A stretch of 33,470 bases of DNA from Nemertoderma westbladi. Lineage: Eukaryota; Animalia; Xenacoelomorpha. Positions 33,424-33,470 of this stretch are shown one piece after another. The notes under the pieces were generated by a model that was not told where the DNA came from, did not search any database, and was given only the letters and a program-made list of their open reading frames with translations. The stretch's first letter is position 1, and each line of letters starts with the position of its first letter. Where the stretch lies: assembly GCA_032718475.1 (NCBI GenBank), contig JAUCBJ010006788.1, positions 1 through 33,470 of the forward strand, in the 5' to 3' direction. Position numbers and translations under genes: made by a program.

Positions 33424-33470
33424 ATGGATAAACAATTGAAATGTGCATTTTGCCCTCTTCAAATTTCTAA
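33424..33470 (+). CDS. Possible start of a further gene (CxxC, perhaps a zinc finger), cut by the window edge
   Basis: Upstream are a reverse CCAAT (~33222), TATATAAA (~33254), an Inr-like TCATTC (~33275) and a TTTTTAG acceptor (33411). It reads MDKQLKCAFCPLQIS. Confidence 0.35.
   Translation, partial: MDKQLKCAFCPLQIS

Overview
AT-rich, repeat-dense eukaryotic DNA, probably from an invertebrate; no prokaryotic features. From left to right: (1) about 2.3 copies of a 2.2-kb tandem unit with Helitron-like hairpins (1-4981); (2) a spliced, secreted fibrinogen-related-domain (FReD) gene, apparently disrupted, with a 35-bp minisatellite in its intron (5881-9410); (3) an intronless orphan ORF (9714-10313, minus strand); (4) a 5'-truncated BEL/Pao LTR retrotransposon (~11335-22027) with PR-RT-RH-IN pol; (5) a minus-strand APE-RT LINE (23245-27815) interrupted by a TTAA-specific piggyBac-like non-autonomous element and capped by a 42-bp G-rich minisatellite; (6) a small foldback MITE, a decayed ORF, an intronless PC4-like ORF and the start of a further gene. 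The most unusual feature is the BEL/Pao element. After pol it has a large extra gene encoding a degenerate DEDDy/WRN-type 3'-5' exonuclease fold plus three CCHC zinc knuckles. A 21-nt near-palindromic hairpin (GGAAGRCTYGCGAGYCTWYCT) recurs six times across pol, the spacer, the extra gene and the 3' UTR. All domain calls are by-eye motif recognition; no searches were run.
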